Assembly (NCBI GenBank): GCA_038087875.1
Contig: CM075995.1
Location: 4,094,001 to 4,158,000, forward strand
Length of the DNA stretch: 64,000 nt
Direction of reading: 5' to 3'
DNA from: Malacoraja senta
Lineage: Eukaryota
Of the stretch, positions 1 through 12,040 are shown piece after piece (position 1 is the stretch's first letter; each line of letters starts with the position of its first letter). Below the pieces are notes generated by a model. The model worked only from the letters and a program-made list of their open reading frames with translations. It did not search any database and had not been told where the DNA came from. The position numbers were made by a program, and so were the translations under genes.

Positions 1-3000
1 GTTTGCCCCGCCACTCGAAAATGTCGGCGGCAAGCGCCATCCAGGGCAGTTCGGGCGCGGGCTGCTGCAGAAGCGGCTGACGCTGCTGGTGGGGGGCGAG
101 GCTGTTGCAGGTGGAACACGAGGAGACCCTCTCCCGGATGTATTTGGCCATATCCGGCCAATAGAACTGGCTCCTGGCGAGAGACACGGTGGCTTCGGCC
201 CCAGGATGACCGCGGTGAGCGACTTGAAAATAGTGGTCGTGCAGCGCCGCGGGCACGACCACCTTGTGACCCTTCACCACCACGCCGTCATGCAGTACGA
301 GCTCGTCACGGACCAGGAAGTAGGGCACGGCACCAACCGGCAGTGCCGAACGACGGTCAGGCCAGCCCTGCCGGATGACGGCAGACAGCTGTTGCAGGGC
401 AGGGTCATTGGTAGTGTGTTCAACCAGGGACTTCATCTGCTGTGAGGGGACGATGTTCAATTGTAGCACCAATAGCTCAGACATTTCATATTGGTGGCGA
501 GCGGTGGACGTTAGCGGGGCGCGAGACAACGTGTCGGCCACGAACATGTCCTTGCCCTTACGATAAACCACCGTGAACGTGAAGCGCTGGAGCTGCAGCA
601 TCATGCGCTGCAGGCGTGATGAGGCCACATGGATCGACTTGTTGAGGATGGTGACAAGTGGCTGATGGTCAGTCTCAACGGTGAAAGTGTTGCCCACGAT
701 GTAGTCCCGGAATTTGGAGCAGGCAAACACCACGGCCAGTAGCTCCTTCTCGATCTGCGCGTAGTGCTGTTCGGTGGCGGTCATGGTGCGGGACGCGAAG
801 GAGACAGGCAGCTGCAGGCCGTCATGGACCTGGAGACAGGCGGCACCGAGTCCGAACTGAGAGGCGTCGCAGGTGAGGACAATGGGACGCTGCAGGTCAA
901 AGAACTTGAGCGTGGGGGTGCTGATCAGCTTAGACTTAAGAATGTCGAATGCCTTCTGATGGTTGGGTAACCAAAGCCAGGACGTGTCCTTTTTTTTACC
1001 AGATCCCTCAGGGAAGCGCTGAGCTCGCTGAGGTCGGGGATGAACTTCCCCAGGTAGTTTACCAAGCCTAGGAAGCGTTGCAGGCCTGCCACATTGGTAG
1101 GAGGGGGCATCCCTGAAATGGCAGCCGTTTTCTGCGGGTCTGGCTTTAACCCCTCAGCGGTGAATACATGTCCAACATAGGTGACCTCCGGGACGCGGAA
1201 TCGGCACTTCTTGGGGTTCAGTTTCAAGTTGATTTGCCGGGCCCGGTCCAGGACCTGGCGGAGGTTGACATCGTGTTCGGCAACGTCCTTACCGTAAACG
1301 AGGATGTCGTCAACAATTATGGCGCAAGGTAGACCTAAAAACAACTGCTCCATTGTCCACTGAAATACCTCGCTGGCAGAGTTGATTCCGAATGGCATTC
1401 GGAGGAACCGAAACCTTCCATAGGGGGTGGCGAAAGTTGTCAAAATGGACGACCGCTCGTCCAGTGGTATCTGCCAGAAGGAGCTTTTGGCATCGAGGAC
1501 AGAAAAAACCGTTGCTGGACCAACCTGTGCAGCGACTTCTTCCACCGTTCTCATAGGGTAGTGACGGCGTCTAATGGCCAGGTTGAGGTCTTTGGGGTTG
1601 ATGCAGATGCGTATCTCGCTCATGTCCTTTTTAGCAGCAACAACCATGGAAGAGACCCAGCTGGTGGGCTCGACGACCGCCTTTAGGATGCCCATTTGTA
1701 CCATACTGTGTAGTGTCGCCTCCACTCTGTCCCTCATGGCGAAGGAGACACGGTGAGGAGCATGGACCACAGGAACGATCTTACGGTCCACTACAATCTT
1801 GTAGCTGCAGGGTAGTTTGCCTAGCTTATCATCAAAGCGGTCGGGATAATCGGCCAGCGGGTCCATAAGAGTCTGCACCTGGTGGATGTCACGGTGGAAG
1901 TACACCAGTCCCATTTCCTGGCATGCCCGGATCCCCAGCAGGGGAATGCATTTTTGATCGAGGAGATAGAAGGTGAGGGGCCGAGAGGTCTCTAGTATCT
2001 TACAGCGTAGCGTGGCCTTGCCCACAGGAGTAAAAATCTCCCCACCGTAGGCATGCAAGGTTGAGCTCTGGGAAAATATCTGCTCATTAGTTCTTATCTG
2101 GTTGAAAAGAGATGTTGACATTACGTTGGCCACAGCCCCCGTGTCAATCTTAGCAGTGAAGGTCGAGTTGTTCACAGTGACTTGCACAGAAGGGTCCGTT
2201 ATCATAGCAGGTGCGTCCAACACGGTAAACAAGTTGGTCTCCCCCTGAGAGGAGTCAGATGCAGAAACAGACTGTTCATCTAAATAACACTGGGAGCTGA
2301 GCGCACTGTCAGCTTGTAGAAGGTTGTTTAAATTTCCCCTTCGAGCAGCGACAGGCTTCCCACGGGAACGACAAGCCGCAGCAAAATGGTTCAATTTTTT
2401 GCAGACATTACACGTTTTACCCAAGGCAGGGCACACATTGTATTGATGAGTCGTGAAGTTGCAATTAGGGCACCTTTGCCGGGTACCTCCCCCTGTAGCA
2501 GCACCGAACCCCGGGGCGCGTCCCCCTCGAGCAGCGAGCGACCCCGGGGGTCGCGACTGGGGTGTGTTTATGAGATGACTGGGAGTGCTGGCAAAGTTGA
2601 TTGCCTGTTCAGCCGGCGACGCCGCCGAGGAAACAGCTTCAGCTAAGCGAGTAGCGTGCATAGCATCGGTTAAAGTCAGATCCGGCTTGCGCAGAAGTTC
2701 GGCCCTGAGCTTCTCATCACGGAGACCGTAAACCAGAAGGTCCCTGAGAATCTCATCGGGGTTCCACGCGTGGAGGCGGCAGCGCCTGCCGAGGTGCCGC
2801 AGCGCAATGACATAGTTCTCAGCAGATTCCCCAGGGAGCTGACGCCGCGCGAACAGTTTAAAACGTTCTAAGATGCAATTTGTCGGAATATCACAAATAG
2901 CATCAAACTTAGCCACCAGACATACCGGGTCCCGAGCTGATTCGCCATCAGCATAGACGAAGAAGTCAGAGCGAGTCAGGGCCTCGGGACCAGCCAAGTT

Positions 3001-3147
3001 GAGAAGCAGAGAGGCTTTGAGATCGGCGGTGGCGGCAGGATGAGCGATCGTGAAATAGTGTTCAAAGTCACGTTTGAATACGTCCCATCGAAGAGCGATG
3101 TCTAAATCGAAAACGAGCACATCGGGCTTACGGGCAGAAGAGGCCAT
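1..3147 (-). CDS. gag-pol polyprotein with one frameshift at T-run 990-997
   Basis: ATG at 3147 (MASSARKP). ORF 925..3177 leaves frame after LVKK. The shifted frame continues KDTSWLW..CDASQFGLGA..YAQIEKELLA..ETDHQPL..ADTLSR..HRGHPG..CSTC with no stop to position 1 (manual translation). Confidence 0.9.
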
Positions 3148-3230
3148 AACAAAGAAATAGGAGGGCGGGGGAAACAAAAAACTGGGACAAAATTAAATGA
3201 TAAACCGATAAACAGGAGGCGCAAGGTAAG

Positions 3231-3243
3231 TTATTCGACACCA
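3231..3243 (-). promoter_or_regulatory. Primer-binding site
   Basis: TGGTGTCGAATAA directly after the LTR terminal CA. Confidence 0.7.
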
Positions 3244-3447
3244 TGTAAAGGATCTATAACGAGGCATCGTTACTTTACTATCTTTATTCATACTGGAGCA
3301 TTACACATTGCACTAGCTGTACGTGGTCTGTCACAGGAACTAGAGAGCGATCTGTGGGTGGGGAGGTTGTAGATATACTTGTGATATGGGGAGTGGTTAG
3401 TAGGTATGAGGTCACTATGTTAAAGGCACATGCATATCTCATCTACA
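3244..3447 (-). repeat. 5' LTR (204 bp) of the gypsy element
   Basis: Minus strand reads TGTAGATG...CTTTACA (TG..CA), contains AATAAA, and is immediately followed by a TGG primer-binding site. Confidence 0.8.
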
Positions 3448-3645
3448 ATTATGCTGCTGGCCTTGCCCAGGCAGCGTGAGGTATAAATAGAGTTAATAGA
3501 AGGCAGGTTAGTTTGTGTGATGGTCTGGGTTACGTCCACAATTTGCTGCAATTTATTGCGGTCTTGGATGGAGCTGTTCCCAAACCAAGCTGTGATGCAT
3601 CCCGATAAAATGCTTTCTATGGCGCACCTGTAGAAGTTGGTGAGA
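3448..3645 (-). mobile_element. Rex1/Babar-type LINE fragment (target of the gypsy insertion)
   Basis: FYRCAIESILSGCITAWFGN...KASSII, cut at the LTR boundary. Confidence 0.8.
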
Positions 3646-3669
3646 TTTGATTGATATTTGGAGAAAATC

Positions 3670-3852
3670 AATTGATATTCTTAAGGTGGAGATTGACAGA
3701 TTCGTGATTAGTAAGGGTGTCAGTGGTTATGGGGTGTAGGCAAAAGAATGGGGTTGAGTGGGAAAGATAGATCAGCCATGATTGAATGGCAGAGTAGACT
3801 TGATGGGCTGAATGGCCCAATTCTCCCCCTAGAACTTATGAACATGAACTTA
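3670..3852 (+). mobile_element. CR1 LINE 3' end remnant
   Basis: gatcagccatgattgaatggc...gaatggcccaattct...ttatgaac tail shared with other CR1 copies in the window. Confidence 0.7.
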
Positions 3853-4427
3853 TAACTGCACACAAAATTCCAATAATTGCCTAATCATTGATTTATGAGC
3901 AGCCATTTCAGCACATATATTTAAGGGTTGAGTAACATCTGGGCTACTGTGCCCTACCAAGCTAATTCTAAATTATTTTCAATTGATTTCATAAAGACTG
4001 AACATTAAGGTGCAATTCATTTTAGAGCCATTAAGTGGCAGGCATATTTTCCATTACATTGTGAGCATTACATAATTATAGATAAAATAGGCGTTTTCCC
4101 AATACATTTATCATCAGAGATTCAGTATCAGTGTCACCATTAGCTTTAATATAATAATGAAAGAAATATCTGCCTGTGGTGTCGACACAATGCCTTGTTT
4201 GAAACCATAGCGTACAAATAGTATTGGCCCTGAGATTCATCCCTGTTGTATGCTGAGTCATTTATTTTGAACCAGTGAAGCTTTATCTTGCACTGAACAT
4301 TATTCCCATTATCCTGTATCTGTACACTGTGGACGGATCGATTGTAATCATGTATAGTCTTTCCGCTGACCGGATAACATGCAACAGAAAGCCTTAACTG
4401 TACCTTGGTACATGTGAGAAAAAAATA

Positions 4428-4695
4428 AAGGTGAGGTAGGAAAGATTTGATAGGGGCAACGTTTTTTTACACAAAGGGCGGTCGGTATATGGAATGAGCT
4501 GCCCGAGGAGGTAGTTGAGGCGGGTACTATCACAATGTTTAAAAAACATTTGGACAGGTACATGGAAAGGATAAGTGTTGAGGGATATGGGCCAAATACA
4601 AGCAGATGGGACTAGTGTAGAAGGTACATATTGGTCAATGTGGGCAAGTTGGGCCGAATGGCCTGGTTCCATGCTGTACAACTCAATGACTCTAA
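4428..4695 (+). mobile_element. CR1 LINE 3' remnant (second subfamily)
   Basis: Encodes FFTQRAVGIWNELPEEVVEAG..FKKHLDRYM followed by the 3' UTR. Confidence 0.75.
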
Positions 4696-5004
4696 TTGTG
4701 CATAGTCTTCCCAGCCCAAAGAGGTTAAACATTCCTGTTCTCAATCTTAATCCTGGATATTGGTTGATGACTGGATTGGCACATATTGGATCATCACAGC
4801 TCACCATCCAATTGTGGGGAACTTAAAAAGCTCTTCTTGAGTTGCAAGCTTACAAAGCAGTTAAAAATAAGTATTTGGAAGTAAGTCTCAGGATGAGTTT
4901 GAAGAAAGGTCCTAGCCCAAAACGTCACCTGGCCATGTTCTCCATAGATGATGCCCGACCAGCTGAGTTATTCCAGCATTTTGTGCAGTTCCTTGTAATC
5001 CTAG

Positions 5005-5748
5005 ATGCAGCAGAGATGGAATAATTGAGGGTAATGGATAGTGTATTTGCAAGAGGCATAGTGGGAGGAAGTGTAGTCCAGATAACCATAGGAGTCAGTA
5101 GGTTTGTGGTATACGTCAGTCAATAGTCTGTCACCTGTGATGGTGATAGTGATATCAAGAAAGGTGAGAGGCATGTCAGTGACAGTTCAGGTGAATATGA
5201 GGGCAGGATAGATGTGAAATTAATGAAATCAAGTAGGCAGTAGATAGCATCATCATTGTAGCAGAGAAAGAGTTGGGGATAATGTCAGTGTATGCCTGGA
5301 ACAAGGGCAGTTCAACATTATTGACAAAAAGGCAAGGATAGCTGGGGCCCATGCAAGTGCCCATGGCTACACGTTTAACTTGGAGAAAATGAGAGGTCAA
5401 AAGAAAAGTTATCGAGGGTGAGGGAAAGTTCCGCAAGGCGGAGGAGAGTGTTAGTAGAGGGAAATTGGTTGGATCTCTTTTGGAGAAAGAATGGGTGGAC
5501 CTTGGTGCGGGATGGAAATGTACAGGGACTGGATGTCCAAGGTAAAGATGAGGCAATGTGAGCCTAGAAATTGAAAGTTATTGAAGAGTTGAAGGGCATG
5601 TGAGGTGGCTTGGATGAAGGTGGGGACTGGATAAGGGGGCGGGGGGGAGGGGAAAGAATAGGATGGAATCAAGGTATGTTGAGATGCTGCATGTCCTGCT
5701 GAATTGAGATTAGCTTAGTGGGGCAGAAGCAGGCAGAAACAATGGGTC
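5005..5748 (-). mobile_element. Degenerate Penelope-like element RT fragment
   Basis: FTLDIQSLYISIPH and QVKRVAMGTCMGPSYPCLFV motifs split over several frames. Confidence 0.75.
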
Positions 5749-5757
5749 TGCCATGGT

Positions 5758-5896
5758 CTTCTTCTTATTGCGTATGGCGTGCACAGCCTAAAGTCGTAGG
5801 TCAACTTGTTCTATTTGATCTTGTTTGTGCACGTCGGGTTGTTTGCATTAGCCGAAACAGAGTGGACCACGTGAAGGTTGCAATCTCCCAACCTAA
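5758..5896 (-). mobile_element. Short retroposon (truncated LINE 3' end or SINE) with 9-bp TSD
   Basis: tgccatggt at 5749-5757 and 5897-5905; minus-strand (AAG)n tail. Confidence 0.65.
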
Positions 5897-6244
5897 TGCC
5901 ATGGTGCAAGAATGGGAAATTGGCCTAACTGTGCCGCATGCTTCCTAGTTGATTATCTGAAGATTAGCAAGTCCACATAACGTCCCCTTCAAGCTGGATG
6001 TATTGGAGGAGAAATATCACTGACCAAACAGACCAACTGGAGGGAAACAACCACAAGAGTATTCTAAAGAGGATTGCAAGTGTCCCGTAGCCATGGCGAA
6101 GTGAAGAAGACAGACTAGTTCTCCAGCAGGGAGTAAACTGCTGACTGTTTTTTTACTGGTAAAATGCTCTGTGAGGACATCAATCTGTACACCATCCCTC
6201 ACAACCTCACCTTCCACTGCAGTTCTGAGGGAGATCCAACATTA

Positions 6245-6993
6245 TACCACTAGGGGGCGCAGCACAATGGCAGCCTGTCTGTATTTTCATCTTTTCTTGT
6301 TATTTTTAGTGTGTTTTAAAAGTTTGTGTTAATGTTCTCCGGTTTGTTTTAGGTGGGGGGTGGGGTAGGGGGTAGGGGGTCGGGGGAAACGTTTTTTCAA
6401 TCTCTTACCTTGCCGGAGATGCGATTGTTTTCCGGATTGTATCTCCGGTCGCTCTGCGGCCTAACATCATGGAGCTGGAGGCCTTGCATGGGACTGACTT
6501 TGAGCCCCACCGCGGGGACGTGGACTTACCATCGGAGCCGATCCCTTGCCTGGGATCGACGCTCTAAATGCGGCCTGCGGATTTCACCATCGACGAGCTC
6601 GCAATCTCGGGTAGAGACCGATGTCAGGAAGCTCCAAACGACGCAGAAAGTTCGACCAGCCCCGACCCGGGGTCGATCGCCTGGCGCGGGAAGCTGACAT
6701 CCCCCCGATACAGGAGCTTGATCACACTGACGCAGAGGGCCCGACCGCCGGCTACGGGAAGCAAGATGGTCCCGGCATCGGAAGGCTCTAGGCCCCCGAC
6801 CGCGGGAGAACAAAGAAGGGAAGAGATTTAACTTTTTATCGCCTTCCATCACAGTGAGGAATGTGGAGGAGTCAATGTGGTGGAAGTTAATGTTAAAATG
6901 TATTTTGTATGTTTTGTTGCTTTTTAATGGCATGACTGTATGCCAAATCAAATTCCTCCAAAACATGGCAAATAAAGTATGATTATGATTATG
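6245..6993 (+). mobile_element. Non-autonomous retroposon (SINE-like); second copy at 28908-30420
   Basis: atta TSD, AATAAA + (ATGATT)n tail, 3' hairpin at 6846-6883; aligns along its length to 28908-29520 + 30267-30420. Confidence 0.75.
6247..6260 (+). promoter_or_regulatory. CTCF consensus motif at the repeat 5' end
   Basis: CCACTAGGGGGCGC matches CCASYAGRKGGCRS; binding not shown. Confidence 0.5.
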
Positions 6994-7656
6994 ATTAGCA
7001 GAAATTCATCCAGCTGCTCCGAAGCAAGCCCTCCCTTCAGCATCAGTGAAGATTGTACTTTAATGCAAGACAAAACCAGAGCTTGGCCAATGTGGTTCTA
7101 TACCGGGGACTCGCCCGCCCCGGATGGAGGACCCGCGCCATGAACTAGAACCAGCCCGGAAGGCCCTGCTCACCCACTGCGAATCACGGGCCCATGAGAA
7201 CCCACCTGGAGGGCCGGTAAGCTGACCTGCTGCGGAGGCAGTGCAGTGCCTCGACCGGGGAGTGGGCCGCTGGAGGCCGTGCAGCAGCCAGGGACTTGGC
7301 TGGACCGGGCACCACTCCAAGATGCTGAGCACATGGACTGCACGTGGCCTACAGTGCAACAACTGGGACTTTAAAATGGTGCCAAACTGGCAACTCTGTA
7401 TACGGTCTCAATGTTCTAGTCCTATACACTTGTACTGTATCGGAGATGCTTATCTAATACTAGACTAAGTGGAACCCATTGGATCCCATGTTCACACGGG
7501 AGGGCTGTCCCCCAACGCAATATTCCACCTCTCCACCAATTCCAATATTGGTGACCAATGGGTGGGGGGGTTCTGGAGCACTAGTGTGGGTGTTGTGGGC
7601 CGAAGGGACTGTTTTCCAGAGGGCTCGTATGGACATTGTGCACCGAATGGATTCTT

Positions 7657-7826
7657 GGGCTGGCAGCTCAATCACTCAGGCCTGGTGGGCTGGCAGCTTA
7701 GTCACTCAGGCCTGGTAGGCTGGCAGCTCAGTCACTCAGGGCTGGTGGGCTGGCAGCTCAGTCACTCAGGGCTGGTGGGCTGGCAGATCAGTCACTCAGG
7801 GCTGATGGGCTGGCAGTTCACTCACA
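7657..7826. repeat. 30-bp minisatellite (~5.5 copies) inside the Helitron
   Basis: gggctggcagctcagtcactcagggctggt units. Confidence 0.9.
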
Positions 7827-8172
7827 GCTATTCCTTGAAATTCCATTTCAAGCAGAGGACAGGCCACGAAATTCCATTTCATAGCATTTCAAGCAGAGTG
7901 CAGGCCACCACATTCAATTTCATAGCATTTCATGCAGAGTGCAGGCCACCACATTCAATTTTACTTCGGAGTCACGTGAGTGCTGCCAGCCCGCATGCGC
8001 GTCATATCGTTTATCGCATTGCGCAACGACTGGCTGGCAGGCGCGCTGCTCCGCCAGCGGTAAGTTTCAAACCTGAAGGTAAGTTTTCAACTTATTTCCA
8101 GGTTCTGTTTTTTCCTTGCAGGAAAGCTCTTCACAGCGTTTCCTGCTGGATATAATATACGCCGCAGGGAAT

Positions 8173-9007
8173 ACAATACAATACAATACGGTTTTATTCG
8201 TCACATTGCACATAAACTGCAAGTGAAATGAATTTGCCAGCAGCGGTACAATGATAAAGAACACACAAAAACACAATAAAAATTTAACACAAACATCCAC
8301 CACAGCATTCATCACTGGTGGAATGTTCAAAATTTGGCCATTCCTCCTCCATTTTCCCCCGTGGTCGGGACCTCAACTCTCCGCAGCCGCAGTTGCGGGC
8401 GTCCAGATGAGTGAAAGTCAAGGTAAGTCCTGAATCGGTGCCTTCCCCACCGGAGACCACGGCTTCAGGTTGGTGTTGGCCGCAGGCCGGCAGTCGGTGA
8501 TTTAAAGTCCCCGCCGCGCCGCAGCCAGAAGCACCACAGACTGCAGGGCCGGCGGTCGAAGCTCCCCTCCAGGGACCCCGCTCCCAATGGTAAGTCCCCA
8601 CCGCGCCCGCAGTAGAAGTAGGCCGCGGGCCGGCAGTCGGAGTGGAAGCTTCTTCTTCCCCCGTGTCCCCAGCGAGGGATCCCAGGCTGAGGACGCTGCG
8701 CCAGCAGGAGCTCTGCAGACTGCGGCTTCAGGCTGCCGGCTGCCGCGGGCCAGCGAACGGAGCGCTCCCCTCCGGCGACGGCTCGCCCGCTCCACGCCGA
8801 GAGTCTGCGCTGCGCCCACGCTGCGCCCACCGCTGAAGCCCCGGGCACGTCTCCGGGAAAGGCCGCACTGTTCCTTGCTGTTAGGCCACGGGGGAAGCGA
8901 CATGAAAAAAAGTTGCCTCTCCGTGGAGGAGGCGACCGAAGCGGTTTCCCCCTTAATCCCCCCCCCCCCCACATCACCCCCCACACAAGACACACAGAGG
9001 AACTCTT
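8173..9007 (-). mobile_element. SINE-like retroposon inserted in the DIRS 5' region
   Basis: gaat TSD (8169-8172, 9008-9011); minus-strand AATAAA + (TATTG)n tail. Confidence 0.65.
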
Positions 9008-9009
9008 GA

Positions 9010-9500
9010 ATCCCGGCCGCACTGTGGGGAACCGGTTATGACCGCAGGGAATCCTGGTCACGGACCGCAGGGAGAACCGGCTATGGATCGCAGGGAATCC
9101 CGGTCATGGACCGCAGGGAGAACCAACTACGGACCGCGGGGAAGCCCAGTCACGGACCGCGGGGAAGCCCGGTCACGGACCGCGGGGAAAGACCGGCTAC
9201 GGAGACCGCGGAAGTGCGAGTAGACTGCGGCCGTCAGGTTCGCTACCCGAGTCACTGACAGTGCGGTCAGCAACTTCCGGGTGCCTCTTGAATCCGCGGT
9301 GGTTCCCCAGAAAGGGAGTAAAACCAAAAGTAAGACGGATAGGAACCGCAGTTGTTCCCCAGAAAGGGAGAAAAGCCAAGAGTAAGACGGATAGGAACCG
9401 CAGTTGTTCCCCAGAAAGGGAGTAAAGCCAAGGGTAAGATGGATAGGAACCGCGGTGGTTCCCCAGAAAGGGGGTAAAGCCAAGAGTAAGACGGATAGGC
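9010..9500. repeat. Tandem repeats in DIRS ORF1: ~23-29-bp ggaccgcgggga units (9010-9200) and ~52-bp units (9290-9500)
   Basis: ggaaccgcagttgttccccagaaagggagaaaagccaagagtaagacggata x4. Confidence 0.85.
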
Positions 9501-10603
9501 GCAGGTCTCCTCGTGGCCTGCTGCAGCACCTGTTTCAAGGCAGCTTACAGATCTCCTGCTCTGTGGAGGGGAGTGTGAGGGGTCAGTGCGTAACTGACTC
9601 CAAACTGGGAAGGATGTCCGTGGAACATAATATTGTTCCTGAAAATACCGGCAGTGAACAGCGCTATCTGGGATGACATTGGAGGGGGCATGAAAATCCA
9701 GGAGATAAAACTCCAACAAATGTTTTTAATTACTGGCCTGGTGTTGATGTACAATGCACACTTCATAATGAACTGGAACGCCATCAGACCTGCCTTACAA
9801 CCAAATTTGCAGGCTCATGTAAGGCCAGCAATGTCCAGCCGCCGAATCTTCTCTTCGAGGAAGACCTATCCAACAGGTAAGACCTGGATGAGGAAGCAAA
9901 GCTGTCGGACTAATCAAGGTACCAACAACGAGCAAAGCTTCATTTTTTCGGTGACATCACACCCCACGTCTCCATCGGCAGTAAGCGGTTCACTGAAGCT
10001 GGGCAAAGGTCTTCCAGGCCAAGGCCTCAGTAAATATATGGAATCCACGCACCCCAGCAGTCCTTCTCTCCAAACTAAGGACAGAAATAGAACCCGCATC
10101 AGTGGCCTTTGGGCTTACCATAGGACCACCGGTAACCATGGGTCTGGTTCTTTCCAAAACATGGGGTAGGTGGACCATTTCCAAGTTGGTAATATTTACA
10201 CTTGTTTTTGTAAAAAATAACAATAATAACATGAAATTAGGTTATACTGCACAGTATACAAGGTTTCCAAGCAGGCTTCCGGGCCAGGATTGCCTTTTGA
10301 GACGGATAGGAACCTCGGAAATATGGCCAGAATTGTCTTCCGAGACAGGCTCGGAATAACAGGCGTGGCCTGATCATTGTGAAAGTTGGTGGAGGTCGGT
10401 TCATCCTTGATTTACCTCGCATGCGCAGTATAGACATTTCAGCATAGGAAACTTCGTTACTGTCTAACAACTGATTTCCATAGGATCTTTATGGCATTCA
10501 GTTCCCATTCACAGGGATAACCGGAGATATTTGAAATTTAACTGGATGGGCCAATAATAACAGTTAAAGCGTTGCAAAATGGGCTACCTTCAGCTCCCAG
10601 GAC

Positions 10604-10920
10604 TTGCTAGCGCTACCGGGGGCACCAACATCAAGACCCGGAGCGTGGCCTTGCATCGCCCTGCGCGGCCTTAATGGCAGCGGGACATATTTACCATCGC
10701 CCGCCGGGAGCTTTGACTTTGACATCGGGAGGAGAATGGGGAGTGCAGGGGAGAGACAAGACTTTGCCTTCCATCACAGTGAGGAGGAGATTCACTGTGA
10801 TGGATGTTTGTGTAAATTGTGTTGTGTCTTGGTTCTTTTTACTTGTTTGTATGACTGCAGAAACCAAATTTCGTTTGAACTTAGGTTCAAATGACAACAA
10901 ATAAATTGTATCATTGTATC
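10604..10920 (+). mobile_element. SINE-like insertion interrupting the DIRS RT
   Basis: Lies between GLPSAPR and FTKLLK; perfect 12-bp hairpin at 10771-10803; AATAAA + ttgtatca tail. Confidence 0.7.
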
Positions 10921-12040
10921 ATTTACCAAATTACTAAAAACCAGGGCTTGGGCTGCTCAGAGCCCAAAATCACTTGTTATGGCCTATCTGGAAGATATTC
11001 TAAATGCTGTATTTTGCTAAAATTAACTGTTTCAGTCGCAAGCTATATTTGAGATTCTCATCCATCCGGTTAAATTTAAGTTGATACCAACTAGAGTTAT
11101 TGATTATTGGGATTTACCTTTAACTCTATTAATTTGTCTGTGACTCCGCCCTGGGGCAAGAGATTAGAATTAGTAGAAGCGCATCAAGTGACCAGTGTAA
11201 TTGGCAATATAGTGGCTGTGCTTTTCAGCAACGCAATTTGGGCCTTGCATTATCAGAACTTACAAACGTGCAAAGGACCAAGCTCTTTAGTACCATTGAG
11301 GTCTTTGTTAACAGACCTATGCTAGTACCAGCTGAAGCTATCAAAGTCACAATGGTGGCCGAACAGTATTCAGCATTGCTAATAACTTTTGGTCAGTAAA
11401 TCTTCAGTTATATTACAACCTGATGTTAATGCTCAAAGATGGAAAATTACTAATACCATCTCTAGTTATGGAGGCAGATGCGATTTGCATGAGTTACCAA
11501 TTCTTCAGTTATATGGTATCAACTACCTGTAGACACTTGGTGCATTCTATGGGTTAAAGCTTATTGTGCGAATATGCATAATCTGCATGCTCAACTCCAA
11601 GTTGATACACTTTGGTGGTGGCATATATTAATCACATGGGTGCAATCAACTCAGTATCCTGTGATAGTTACATAACCTCATTTGGCGCTGGTGTATCATC
11701 ACGTAAAATTGCATGATTCATTCACTTGCAGACTCTGAGAAGACCGTTCCTGCGGCTCGGGTTGTCAGACCGAACCATGGACGTGCTCACTGCAGATTGC
11801 AGGGATAGCATCAAAAAAGCAGTACATTTCCTCATAAGTAGATGGGAAGTATTTTGTTTAAATGCTAATATTACATATAATTCGGCACGGATGACTGACG
11901 TCTTGAAGTTCAGTTTTATATGGGTCTTTGACAATCATTAAGTTAAAGTGCCATTAACTGTGCCAAACGTGCCTTCGCATCATATTGGCTGCGGGGAGCA
12001 GAATCCACTCTGTCGGGTCTCACCCTCTGATATCTAGATT

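Larger units (their letters stand above)
1..3447 (-). mobile_element. Ty3/Gypsy LTR retrotransposon (Mag-like), 5' part; continues beyond window start
   Basis: 5' LTR + PBS + gag (CPNC..H..C / CNVCKKLNHFAAAC knuckles), protease KIDTGA, RT (LDAKSSFWQ, MPFG, IVDD), RNase H and integrase HHCC in gypsy order. Confidence 0.95.
6014..7100 (+). pseudogene. H3: Histone H3-derived unit A (split by insertion 6245-6993; tail resumes ~13823)
   Basis: H3 N-tail-like DNA (accaaacag..actggagggaaa..gccatggcgaagtgaagaag), then EDINL-like segment, then ctgagggagatccaacatta|gcagaaattc (LREIRRYQKS). Confidence 0.7.

Noticed and set aside
89..2646. Plus-strand ORFs over the gypsy element
   Set aside because: Antisense shadows of the GC-rich pol frame
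7469..8155. 228-aa ORF with SHSGLVGWQL repeats
   Set aside because: Translation of a 30-bp minisatellite; the ORF crosses the Helitron/DIRS junction
9290..9500. CRISPR-like array (also 60765-61263)
   Set aside because: Head-to-tail tandem repeats without unique spacers, inside TEs, in a eukaryotic context with no cas genes
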